Notes under the pieces: generated by a model | Seen by the model: the letters and a program-made list of their open reading frames with translations, nothing else | What the model was told of the DNA's origin: nothing | Databases searched by the model: none | Made by a program: the position numbers and the translations under genes | Source of the DNA: Stegostoma tigrinum | Lineage: Eukaryota | Length of the DNA stretch: 64,000 nt | Direction of reading: 5' to 3' | Assembly (NCBI RefSeq): GCF_030684315.1 | Contig: NC_081387.1 | Span: 5,002,497-5,066,496 of the forward strand | Shown here: positions 13,928 through 25,894 of the stretch, piece by piece | Layout: each line of letters starts with the position of its first letter | Position numbering within the stretch: position 1 is the stretch's first letter

Positions 13928-14905
13928 CAGGGCTCTGTCCTTGGGCCTCTACTGTTTGTAATTTTTATTAATGACTTGGATGAGGGGATTGAAGGATGGG
14001 TCAGCAAGTTTGCAGACGACACAAAGGTCGGAGGTGTCGTTGACAGTGTAGAGGGCTGTTGTAGGCTGCAGCGGGACATTGACGGGATGCAGAGATGGGC
14101 TGAGAGGTGGCAGATGGAGTTCAACCTGGATAAATGCGAGGTGATGCATTTTGGAAGGTCGAATTTGAAAGCTGAGTACAGGATTAAGGATAGGATTCTT
14201 GGCAGCGTGGAGGAACAGAGGGATCTTGGTGTGCAGATAGATAGATCCCTTAAAATGGCCACCCAAGTGGACAGGGTTGTGAAGAAAGCATATGGTGTTT
14301 TGGCTTTCATTAACAGGGGGATTGAGTTTTAGAGTCGTGAGATCTTGTTGCAGCTCTATAAAACTTTGGTTAGACCGCACTTGGAATACTGCGTCCAGTT
14401 CTGGGCGCCCTATTATAGGAAAGATGTGGATGCTTTGGAGAGGGTTCAGAGGAGGTTTACCAGGATGCTGCCTGGACTGGAGGGCTTATCTTATGAAGAG
14501 AGGTTGACTGAGCTCGGTCTCTTTTCATTGGAGAGAAGGAGGAGGAGAGGGGACCTAATTGAGGTATACAAGATAATGAGAGGCATAGATAGAGTTGATA
14601 GCCAGAGACTGTTTCCCAGGGCAGAAATGGCTAGCACGAGGGGTCATAGTTTTAAGCTGGTTGGTGGAAAGTATAGAGGGAATGTCAGAGGCAGGTTCTT
14701 TACGCAGAGAGTTGTGAGAGCATGGAATGCGTTGCCAGCAGCAGTTGTGGAAGCAAGGTCATTGGGGTCATTTAAGAGACTGCTGGACATGTATATGGTC
14801 ACAGAAATTTGAGGGTGCATACATGAGGATCAATGGTCAGCACAACATTGTGGGCTGAAGGGCCTGTTCTGTGCTGTACTGTTCTATGTTCTATGTTCTA
14901 TGTTC
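13928..14905 (+). mobile_element. young 5'-truncated CR1 inserted in an older minus-strand CR1 (13590-15660)
   Basis: QGSVLGPLLFVIFINDLD...FADD...VTEI, near-identical to 19115-20910 except for a few substitutions including an in-frame stop (AAG to TAG) at ~14330. (CTATGTT)n tail and short CAA duplication. Confidence 0.93.
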
Positions 14906-17900
14906 AATCTCTCTTCACGGCTGAAACTCTCCATTCCGGGCAACATCCTGGCAAATCTCCTGAGCGTATTCTCCAGTGCTATCACATCCACTTTGAATGT
15001 GGATTCCAGAACTGTACTCAATACTCTAGCTGTAGCCTAACCAACTTTTTTTATATAGTTCCAGTATCACCGCCACACTCTATGCCTTGGCTAATAAAGG
15101 CAAGTATCCTATATGCCTCCTTGACTATATCCAACTGTCCTCATACTTTATGTACGTGCACACCAAGGTCCCTCTGATCCTCGGTGCTTCCCAGGGTCTT
15201 ACCATTCATCATGTATTTCCTTTCCTTGCTTGTCCTGCCTAAGTACATCAGCTCACATTTATCCAGACTCAATTCCATTTTCCCCAATCAGATCATCTGA
15301 CTGGCCCTTCTTGATCTTCTTGTAGTCTAAAGCTATCTTCATCACTATTCATCACCCCTCTAATTGTTGTATTGCCTGTGAATTTAGTGATCAACCCTCT
15401 TACACTCAATCTTAATGATTTATGTAAGCCACAAACAGCAAGGGCCCTGACACTGACCCCTGTTGGACCCCGCCGGACACAGACTTCCAGTTGGAAAAAT
15501 ACCCTTCAACCATCATCCTCTGCTTCCTGCCATTTGGCCAATTGCAGATCTAAGTTGCCAAATGTCCTTGGATCCCATGGGCTCTTAACTTTCTTATCAG
15601 TCTGCCATGCAGGACCTTATCAAAAGCCTCAATGAAGTCTAAGATGTCTACATCAAAAGCATTGCTGTCACATGTATGAATGGTGGTGAACAATTAAGCA
15701 ACTCACTGGAAGCGGAGGCTCCACCAATATCCCTATCCTCAATGATGGAACTAGTCAGTACCTCAGTGTGAAAATAAGGCTGAAGCATTCACAGCAATCT
15801 TCAGCTAGAAATGCTAAGAGGTTGATCTGTCTTGGGCCCCTCATAATGCCTCCAACATTACTGATGCCAGCATTCAGCCAATTTAATTCACTCCAAGTGT
15901 TATCAAAATACGGCTGAAGGCACCAAATACTTCCAACATTATGGCCACTGGCACTTTCTAGCATCTGTCTCCAGACGTCAATCGAAGACATGTGCTCCAG
16001 AATTATCCAGAAACCAAGCTATGCTGGTTAGGTACAGCTGCAACACTGGCACCTACACATCAACGTGGAAGAAAGTCCAGGTATGTCCTGTGCACAGGTA
16101 GCATAGTTGTGGTTGTTGGAGGGCAGTCATCTCAGCTCCAGGATTTCTCTGCTAAAGCTCCTCAGAGTAGTGTCCTAGGCCCATCCATCTTTCAGCTGCT
16201 TCGCCAATGACCTTCCTTCCATCCTAAGGTCAGACGTAGGGATGTTGTTGGATGATTGCACGATGTTCAGCATTGTTCATGACTCCTCAGATACTGAAGC
16301 AGTCCATGTTCAAATGTAACAAGACTTGCTCAATATCCAGGCTTAAACGGAAAAGTGGCAAGTAACATTCATGCTACACAATACCAGAAAATGATTACCA
16401 AAGCCAAGAAAAAACCTGATCATCTTGACATTCAATGGCATTATTATTGCTGAATTCCCTACCATCTATATCCTGGAGATAACCATTGATCAGAAGCTGA
16501 GCTGGATGAGTCATATAAATACAGTGGCTACAAGAGCAGGCCAGAGGCTGGGATTCCTGCACCAAGTAACCCACCTCTTGACTCCCTAAAGCTTATCCAC
16601 CATCTACAAGGCTTTAGTCAGGAGCAGCTCCAAAAATGCTTAAGAAGCTGACAGCCTCCATCACGTAGTAGCCCACTTGATTAACACCACACCCTGTCAC
16701 TCCCTCTTCCATGATCTCACAGTAGCAACAGTGTGTACCATCTATAAGATGCACTGTGGAAATTCACCAAATCTCCTTGGACGTCACTTTCCGAACCTAT
16801 GAGCAGTACCATCTAAAAGGACCAGGACATATGAACACCACCTGCAAATTTAAGCCACACATAATCCAGTATTAGAACTCTCTTGCCATTCCTTTATTGT
16901 CGCTGGGTCAAAAATCCTGGAATTCCTCCCGAATGGCAATGTGAGTCAACCGATAGCACATGCAGCAGTTCAGGAAGGTAGCTCACCACCACCTTCACAA
17001 CAGCGGCAGGCCACAAATACTGGCCAGCCAGCGATGATGACACTCCATGAATGAATAAAGGTAAAAGCCTCTGCCTTATGCCTCTGGCCACCAGGTATGA
17101 GATGAGTGTGAATCAAGGCCATACTTTTGTAGCAATTCAATCTTCATCTAAGTTTGTAAAGATATTAGCAGAGGGAATGGTCTCAATCTTTATTTTTACT
17201 GAATGTCAGATTGGGATGGGTTTCCACCTAGTTACAGAATCCTTACACATGATGTTAAATTGATGTTGAAACACAGAATATTGGAACAGGAGTGGGCCAT
17301 TCAACCCTTCAAGCCTGCCCTGCCGTTCACCGTGATCACAGCTGATCATCTAACTCAGTGTCTAGGACCCAGTTCGTCCCCACAACTTTTGATTCCTTTG
17401 GCCCACAGAACCAGATCTAAATCCTTCTTGAAAACCTTCTATGATTTGATTTATTATTGTTACATGTACTGATATATAGTGAAAATTATTGTTTTCCGTG
17501 CTATCCAGGCAAATCATACCTTACCTAGGAACATAAAGGAAACAGAACAGTTGCAGAACATAGTGTTACAGCTACAGAGAAGGTGGAGAGAAAGACCAAA
17601 CTTAATATATGAGAAATCTGTTCATGAATCTGATAACAACGGGGAAGAAGCTGCTGTTCACTTTTTTGGTACACTTTTTCAAACTTTTGAATCTTCTGCC
17701 TGATGGAAGAGGGTGGAAGAGAGTATGATGAGTTGTGCAGAACCTTTGATTATGTTGTACAGCTGGATGAACACATCAGGTCAAGCAGCATCAGAGGGGC
17801 AGGAAAGCTGATATTTTGGGCCTAGACCCTTCTTCAGAAATGGGGGAGAGGAAGAGAGTTCTGAAATAAATAGGGAGAGAGGGGGAAGCGGATATAAGAT

Positions 17901-18241
17901 GGATAGAGGAAAAGATAGGTGGAGAGGGGACAGTCAGGTCAAAGAGGCAGGGATGGAGCCTGTCAAGGTGAGTGTAAGCGAGGACTTAGGAAGGGGAGCC
18001 CAGGGAGGATGGACAGGTCAAGGGGTCGGGAAGAGGTTAGTAGGTAGGAGATGGGTTTGGGGCTTGAGGTTGGAGGAGGAGATAGGTGAGAGGAAGGACA
18101 GGTTAGGGAGGCAGGAACGAGCTGGGCTGGTTTTGGGATGCGGTGGGGGGAGGGGAGATTTTGAAGCTCGTGAAATCCACATTGAGACCACTGGGCTGCA
18201 GGGTTCCCAAGTGGAATATGAGGTGCTGTTCCTGCAACCTT

Positions 18242-18602
18242 TATGCGATTAGACACGAGTTAGGAAGCATGGACTGGGAGCAGTTGTTCCATGGTAAGGG
18301 AACTATAGACATGTGGAGATGGTTTAAGGAACAGTTGTTGGGAGTGATGAGTAAATATGTCCCTCTGAGACAGGCAAGACGGGGTAAGATAAAGGAACCT
18401 TGGATGACGAGAGCGGTGGAGCTTCTAGTGAAAAGGAAGAAGGTAGCTTACATAAGGTGGAGGAAGCTAGGGTCAAGTTCAGCTAGAGAGGATTACATGC
18501 AGGCAAGGAAGGAGCTCAAAAATGGTCTGAGGAGAGCCAGGAGGGGGCACGAGAAAGGCTTGGCAGAAGGAATCCGGGAAAACACAAAGGCATTTTACAC
18601 TT
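18242..18602 (+). mobile_element. 5' portion of young CR1 copy A (continues in 20910->19115)
   Basis: Ends in ...ENTKAFYT, and the minus-strand copy starts YTYVRNKR, so the ORF2 is contiguous across the inversion breakpoint. Confidence 0.9.
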
Positions 18603-18803
18603 AGAGAGTTGTGAGAGCATGGAATGCGTTGCCAGCAGCAGTTGTGGAAGCAAGGTCATTGGGGTCATTTAAGAGACTGCTGGACATGCATATGGTCACA
18701 GAAATTTGAGGGTGCATCCATGAGGATCAATGGTCGGCACAACATTGTGGGCTGAAGGGCCTGTTCTGTGCTGTACTGTTCTATGTTCTATGTTCTATGT
18801 TCT
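18603..18803 (+). mobile_element. short young CR1 3' end (copy B) bridging an inversion breakpoint
   Basis: The last ~200 nt of the same CR1 subfamily with a (CTATGTT)n tail. Confidence 0.9.
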
Positions 18804-19114
18804 AACCGGCACCTTCCCCTGCAACCGCAGGAAGTGCTACACTTGCCCCCACACCTCCTCCCTCACCCCCATCCCAGGCCCCAAGAAGACATACCACATT
18901 AAGCAGAGGTTCACCTGCACATCTGCCAATGTGGTATACTGCTTCCACTGCACCGTTGTGGCTTCCTCTACATTGGGGAAACCAACCTTTGCAGAACAGT
19001 TCGCACTAAACTGCACCTTCCAGTCGCGAATCATTTCGACTCCCCCTCCCATTCCTCAGATGCCATGTCCATCCTGGGTCTCCTGCAGTGCCACAACGAT
19101 GCCACCTGAAGGTT

Positions 19115-20910
19115 AGAACATAGAACATAGAACATAGAACAGTACAGCACAGAACAGGCCCTTCAGCCCACAATGTTGTGCCGACCATTGATCCTCATGG
19201 ATGCACCCTCAAATTTCTGTGACCATATGCATGTCCAGCAGTCTCTTAAATGACCCCAATGACCTTGCTTCCACAACTGCTGCTGGCAACGCATTCCATG
19301 CTCTCACAACTCTCTGCGTAAAGAACCTGCCTCTGACATCCCCTCTATACTTTCCACCAACCAGCTTAAAACTATGACCCCTCGTGCTAGCCATTTCTGC
19401 CCTGGGAAATAGTCTCTGGCTATCGACTCTATCTATGCCTCTCATTATCTTGTATACCTCAATTAGGTCCCCTCTCCTCCTCCTTTTCTCCAATGAAAAG
19501 AGACCGAGCTCAGTCAACCTCTCTTCATAAGATAAGCCCTCCAGTCCAGGCAGCATCCTGGTAAACCTCCTCTGAACCCTCTCCAAAGCATCCACATCTT
19601 TCCTATAATAGGGCGCCCAGAACTGGACGCAGTATTCCAAGTGCGGTCTAACCAAAGTTTTATAGAGCTGCAACAAGATCTCACGACTCTTAAACTCAAT
19701 CCCCCTGTTAATGAAAGCCAAAACACCATATGCTTTCTTAACAACCCTGTCCACTTGGGTGGCCATTTTAAGGGATCTATGTATCTGCACACCAAGATCC
19801 CTCTGTTCCTCCACGCTGCCAAGAATCCTATCCTTAATCCTGTACTCAGTTTTCAAATTCGACCTTCCAAAATGCATCACCTCGCATTTATCCAGGTTGA
19901 ACTCCATCTGCCACCTCTCAGCCCATCTCTGCATCCTGTCAATGTCCCGCTGCAGCCTACAACAGCCCTCTACACTGTCAACGACACCTCCGACCTTTGT
20001 GTCGTCTGCAAACTTGCTGACCCATCCTTCAATTCCCTCGTCCAAGTCATTAATAAAAATTACAAACAGTAGAGGCCCAAGGACAGAGCCCTGTGGAACC
20101 CCACTCACCACTGACTTCCAGGCAGAATATTTTCCTTCTACTACCACTCGCTGTCTTCTGTTGGCCAGCCAATTCTGTATCCAAGCAGCTAAGTTCCCCT
20201 GTATCCCATTCCTCCTGACCTTCTGAATGAGCCTTCCATGGGGAACCTTATCAAATGCCTTACTGAAGTCCATATACACCACATCCACAGCTTGACCCTC
20301 ATCAACCTTACTAGTCACATCCTCAAAAAACTCGATAAGGTTCGTAAGGCATGACCTACCCCTCACAAAGCCGTGTTGACTGTATTTGATCAAGCCATGC
20401 TCTTCCAGATGGTCATAAATCTTATCCCTCAGAATCCTTTCTAACACCTTGCAGACGACAGACGTGAGACTTACCGGTCTATAATTGCCGGGGATTTCCC
20501 TATTTCCTTTCTTGAAGAGAGGAATTACATTTGCCTCTCTCCAGTCCTCAGGTACGACTCCAGTGGAGAGCGAGGATGCAAAGATCTTCGCAAGTGGCGA
20601 AGCAATTGCATTTCTCGCTTCCCAAAGCAGCCGAGGACAAATCTGATCCGGGCCTGGCGACTTGTCAATCTTAATGTTTGACAAAATTTTCAGTACATCA
20701 GCTTCCTCTATCTCTATCCATTCCAGCATGCACACCTGCTCTTCAAAGGTTTCATTCACTACACAGGTCGTTTCTTTCGTAAAGACAGAAGCAAAAAACT
20801 CATTTAGGGCTTCCCCTACCTCCTCAGGCTCCACACACAAGTTCCCTATGCTATCCCTGATCGGCCCTACTCTTTCTTTGACCATTCTCTTATTCCTCAC
20901 GTAAGTGTAA
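19115..20910 (-). mobile_element. 3' portion of young CR1 copy A with an open RT domain
   Basis: Stop-free ORF 19209-20957 with GNYRPVSLTS, DFSKAFDKV, GVPQGSVLGP and FADD. Tail at 19115-19140. Confidence 0.96.
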
Positions 20911-22256
20911 GGTTGTGGTGGGGTTGGAGGGGAATGTGGAGCAGACAAGGGAGTCACGGAGAGAGTGGTCTCTCCGGAAGACAGACAAGGGTGGGGATGG
21001 AAAAACGTCTTTGGTGGTGGGGTCGGATTGCGTCAGATGGCGGAAGTGTTGGAGGATGATGCATTGGATCCGGAGGTTAGTGGGGTAGTACATGATGATG
21101 AGGGGGATTCTGTTTTGGTTGTTGTTGTGGGGACGGGGTGTGAGGGATGAGGTGTGGGAAATGTGGGAGACATGGTCGAGGGTGTTCTCGACCACTGACC
21201 GGGGGAAGTTGCAGTCCTTGAAAAATGAGGACATCTGAGATGTACGGGAGTGGAATGTCTCATCCTGGGGAACGGATGCGGCGAAGGCGAAGGAATTGGG
21301 AATAGGGGATGGAATTTTTGCAGGAAGGTGGGTGGGAGGAGGTGTATTCTAGGTAGCTGTGGGAGTTGGTGGGTTTGAAATGGATATCAGTTTCCAAGTG
21401 GTTGCCAGAGATAGAAACAGAGAGGTCCAGCAAGGAGAGAGAGATATCAGAGATGGTCCAGGTGAACATAAGGTTGGGGTGGAAGGTGTTGGCGAAGTGG
21501 ATGAACTGTTCGAGCTCCTCTTGGGAGCACGAGGTGCCGCCGAAACAATCATCAATGTAACAGAGGAAGAGATGGGGTTTAGGGCTAGTGTAGGTATGGA
21601 AGAGGAATTATCCCACTACAAAGAGGCAGGCGTAGGCAGCCTCATGCGGGTTCCCATGGCCTTCACCTTTGTCTGTAAGAAGTGGGAGGAGTCGAAAGAG
21701 AAGTTGTTAAGGGTGAGGATGAGTTTGGCTGAGCAGATGAGGATATCAGTAACAGGACACTGGTCGGGCCTGCGGGACAGGAAGAAGCGGAGGTCCTTTA
21801 GGCCATCTGCATGGGGAATGCAGGTGTATAGGGACTGGACGTCCATGGTAAAGATGAGGTGTTGGGGACCAGGGAATTGGAAGTTTTGGAGGAGATGGAG
21901 GGCTTGGGTGGTGCCACAGATATAGGTAGTGAGTTCCTGGACTAAGGGGGAGAAAATAGAGTCGAGATAGGTGGAGACAAGTTCGGTGGGGCAGGAGCAG
22001 ACGGAGACAAGGGGCTGACCAGGGCAGGCAGGTTTGTCCTTCCCAAAATCCACAAACCTGATGCTGCTTGGCCTGCCGTGTCCATCCAGCTCTACACCTT
22101 GTTATCTCGGATTCTCCAGCATTGGCAGTTCCTACTATGTTTGATTATGGTAACAGCTTTCCTGAGGCAGTGGCAAGTATAGATGGAGTCTATATAATGG
22201 ATGGAAGGCTAGTTTGCATGATGGACTTGACTGTGTTCACAACACTGTAATTTCTT

Positions 22257-25200
22257 AGACAGAGACCTGATAGATGTCTACAAAATCATGCTGGGTATAG
22301 ACAAGGTGGATAGTAAGAAGCTTTTTCCCAGAGCAGGGGACTCAATTACGATGAGTCATGAGTTCAAAGTGAGAGGAGGAAAGTTTAAGGGAGAGATGCG
22401 TGGAAAGTTCTTTACGCAGAGGGTGGTGGGTGCCTGGAACGCGTTGCTAGCGGAGGTGGTAGATGCAGACACGTTAGTGTCTTTTAAGATGTTTCTGGAC
22501 GGGTACATAGATGGGCAGGGAGCAGAGGGATACAGACCCCTAGAAAATAGATAGAACATAGAACATAGAACATTACAGCACAGTACAGGCCCTTCGGCCC
22601 TCGATGTTGTGCCGACCTGTCATACCGATCTCAAACCCATCTAACCTACACTATTCCATGTACGTCCATATGCTTATTGAATGACGTCTTAAATGTACCT
22701 AAAGTTGGCAAATCTACTACCATTGCAGGCAAAGCGTTCCATTCCCTTACTACTCTCTGAGTAAAGAAACTACCTCTGACATCTGTCCTATATCTTTCAC
22801 CCCTCAATTTAAAGCTATGCCGCCTCGTGCTCGCTGTCACCATCCTAGGAAAAAGGCTCTCCCTATCCACCCTATCTAACCCTCTGATTATTTTATATGT
22901 TTCAATTAAGTCACCTCTCAATCTTCTTCTCTCTAATGAAAACAGCCTCAAGTCCCTCAGCCTTTCCTCGTAAGACCTTCCCTCCATACCAGGCAACATC
23001 CTAGTAAATCTCCTCTGCACGCTTTCCAAAGCTTCCACATCCTTCTTATAATGCGGTGACCAGAACTGTACACAATACTCCAAGTGCGGCCGCACCAGAG
23101 TTTTGTACAGCTTCACCATAACCTCTTGGTTCTGGAACTCAATCCCTCTATTAATAAAAGCTAAAACACTGTATGCTTTCTTAACAGTCCTGTCAACGTG
23201 GGTGGCAACTTTCAAGGATCTGTGTACATGGACACCGAGATCTCTCTGCTCATCTACACTACTAAGAATCTTACCATTTGCCCTGTACTTTGCCTTCCGG
23301 TTACTCCTACCAAAGTGCATCACCTCACACTTGTCTGCATTAAACTCCATTTGCCACCTCTCAGCCCAGCTCTGCAGCTTATCTATGTCTCTCTGCAACC
23401 TACAGCATCCTTTGTCACTATCCACAACTCCACCTACCTTAGTGTCATCTACAAATTTACTAACCCATCCTTCTACACCCTCATCCAGGTCATTTATAAA
23501 AATGACAAACAGCAGTGGACCCAACACCGACCCTTGCGGTACACCACTAGTAACTGGTCTCCAGGATGAACATTTCCCATCAACTACCACCCTCTGTCTT
23601 CTTTCAGCAAGCCAATTTCCGATCCAAACTGCTATATCTCCCACAATTCCATTCCTCCGCATTTTGTACAATAGCCTATTGTGAGGAATCTTATCGAACG
23701 CCTTGCTGAAATCCATATACACCACATCAACCGGTTTACTCTCATCTACCTGTTTGGTCACCTTCTCAAAGAACTCAATAAGGTTTGTGAGGCATGACCT
23801 TCCCTTCACAAAACCGTGCTGACTATCCCTAATCAATTTATTCTTTTCTAGAAGATTATAAATCCGATCCCTTATAACCTTTTCCAACACTTTACCAGCA
23901 ACTGAGGTAAGGCTCACTGGTCTATAATTACCAGGGTTGTCTCTACTCCCCTTCTTGAACAGGGGAACCACATTTGCTATCCTCCAGTCATCTGGCACTA
24001 TTCCTGTAGACAATGACGAGTTAAAGATCAATGCCAAAGGCTCGGCAATCTCCTCCCTGGCTTCCCAGAGGATCCGAGGATAAATCCCATCCGGCCCAGG
24101 GGACTTATCTATCTTCACCCTCTGAAGGATTTCTAATACCTCTTCCTTGTGAACCTCAATCCCACCTAGTCTAGTAGCCTGTATCTCAGTATTCTCCTCG
24201 ACAACATTATCGTTTTCTAGAGTGAATACTGTTGAAAAATATTCATTTCGTGCTTCCCCTATCTCATCTGACTCCACACACAACTTACTACTACTATCCT
24301 TGATTGGGCCTAATCTTACTTTCGTCATTCTTTTATTCCTTAAATACCTATAGAAAGCCTTAGGGTTTACCCTGATCCTATCCGCCAACAAATTCTCATG
24401 TCTCTTCCTGGCTCTTCTGAGCTCTCTCTTTAGGTCTTTCCTGGCTACCTCATAGCCCTCAAGTGCCCTAAGTGAGCCTTCACATCTCATCCTAACATAA
24501 GCCTTCTTCTTCCTCTTGACCAGAGATTCCACCTCCTTCGTAAACCACGGCTCCCGCACTCTACAGCTTCCTCCCTGCCTGACAGGTACATACTTATCTA
24601 GGACACACAGGAGCTTTTCCTTGAATAAGCTCCACATTTCTAATGTGCCCATCCCCTGCAGTTTCCTTCCCCATCCTATGGTCCCTAAATCTTGCCTAAT
24701 ATCATCGCAATTGCCTTTCCCCCAGCTATAACTCTTGCCCAGTGGTATACACCTATCCCTTTCCATCACTAAAGTAAACATAGCAGAATTGTGATCGCTA
24801 TCACCAAAGTGCTCACCTACTTCCAAATCTAACACCTGGCCGGGCTCATTACCCAGTACCAAATCTAATGTGGCTTCGCCCCTTGTTGGCCTATCTACAT
24901 ACTGTGTCAGGAAGCCCTCCTGCACACACTGGACAAAAACTGACCCATCTATAGTACTCAAACTATAGTGTTCCCAGTCAATGTTTGGAAAGTTGAAGTC
25001 CCCCATGACAACTACCCTGTCTCTGTCACTCCTATCGAGAATCATCTTTGCTATCCTTTCCTCTACATCTCTGGAACTATTCGGAGGCCTATAGAAAACT
25101 CCCAACAGGGTGACCTCTCCTTTCCTGTTTCTAACCTCAGCCCATACTACCTCAGTTGACGAGTCCCCAAACATCCTTTCTGCAACTGTAATACTGTCCT

Positions 25201-25610
25201 TGACCAACAATGCCACACCTTCACCTCTTTTACCATCTTCTCTGTTCTTACTGAAACATCTAAATCTCAGAACCTGCAACAACCATTCCTGACCCTGCTC
25301 TATCCATGTCTCTGAAATGGCCACAACATCGAAGTCCCAGGTACTAACCCATGCTGCAAGTTCACCCACCTTATTCCGGACGCTCCTGGCATTGAAGTAG
25401 ACACACTTCAATCCAACTTCTTGCTTGCCAGTGCCATCTTGCATCCCTGAAACTTTATTTCGGACCACCCTACTCTCAACCTTTTCTATACTCAAACTAC
25501 AATTTCGACTATTGTAGTTGATAGGCTTAGACAGAGGATCTCGATGGGCATAGGCTTGGAGGGCCGAAGGGCCTGTTTCTGTGCTGTAATTTTCTTTGTT
25601 CTTTGTTCTT
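22257..25610 (+). mobile_element. CR1 3' fragment split by the 22555-25519 insertion
   Basis: 22257-22554 rejoins 25520-25610. (CTTTGTT)n tail and TTCTT duplication. Confidence 0.85.
22555..25519 (-). mobile_element. CR1 LINE with uninterrupted ORF2 (APE endonuclease + RT), 5'-truncated
   Basis: FNARS..ISETW..GDFN..SDH endonuclease motifs followed by RT (FVDD), stop at 22646. TSD gatag at 22550-22554 and 25520-25524. Confidence 0.96.
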
Positions 25611-25894
25611 GCGGTCTTGGGCACAGCCATTGCCTTATCAAGCTGTAATAGGATGTTTTCTATGGTGCATCTGTAAAAATTTGTCAGAGTGATTGTGGAC
25701 ATGCCAAATTTCCTTCGCCTTCTGTAGACATAGAGATGTTGGTGTGCTTTCTTAACCATGTGGATGGACCACCTCCAGCTCACTACCGTTGGTACAGACA
25801 GGAACATGTCCTCCTCTCTGCTTTCTGAAGTGGATGATCAGCACTTTCATTTTGCTGACATTGAGGGAGAGATTGTTGTCTTTACACGGTGCAG

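Larger units (their letters stand above)
17755..22139 (-). mobile_element. Penelope-like element (RT + GIY-YIG), disrupted by two CR1 insertions and an internal inversion
   Basis: RT motifs TMDVQSLYTCIPH and LTLNNFSF plus a VVYC...YIG region. Flanked by the 10-bp TSD tttgattatg (17745-17754 and 22140-22149). Confidence 0.88.
17441..25890 (-). mobile_element. Rex1/Babar-type LINE remnant in three pieces (17441-17754, 22140-22256, 25606-25890)
   Basis: VKKAHQHLYVYRRRRKFGMSTITLTNFYRCTIENIL motif. The pieces are colinear with the uninterrupted copy at 31760-32555. Confidence 0.78.

Noticed and set aside
18242-18803. A single CR1 with an internal deletion or splice
   Set aside because: The missing part is present inverted at 19115-20910 with a 9-bp overlap, which is better explained by the inversion.
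19641-20226. 143-193 aa ORFs antisense to CR1 RT (also 13801-14380 and 23103-23684)
   Set aside because: Shadow frames of LINE ORF2 that are repeated in every copy.
25520-25807. N-terminal 95 aa of the 1053-aa ORF as part of a real protein
   Set aside because: It lies outside the CR1 TSD and consists of other TE remnants that happen to be in frame.
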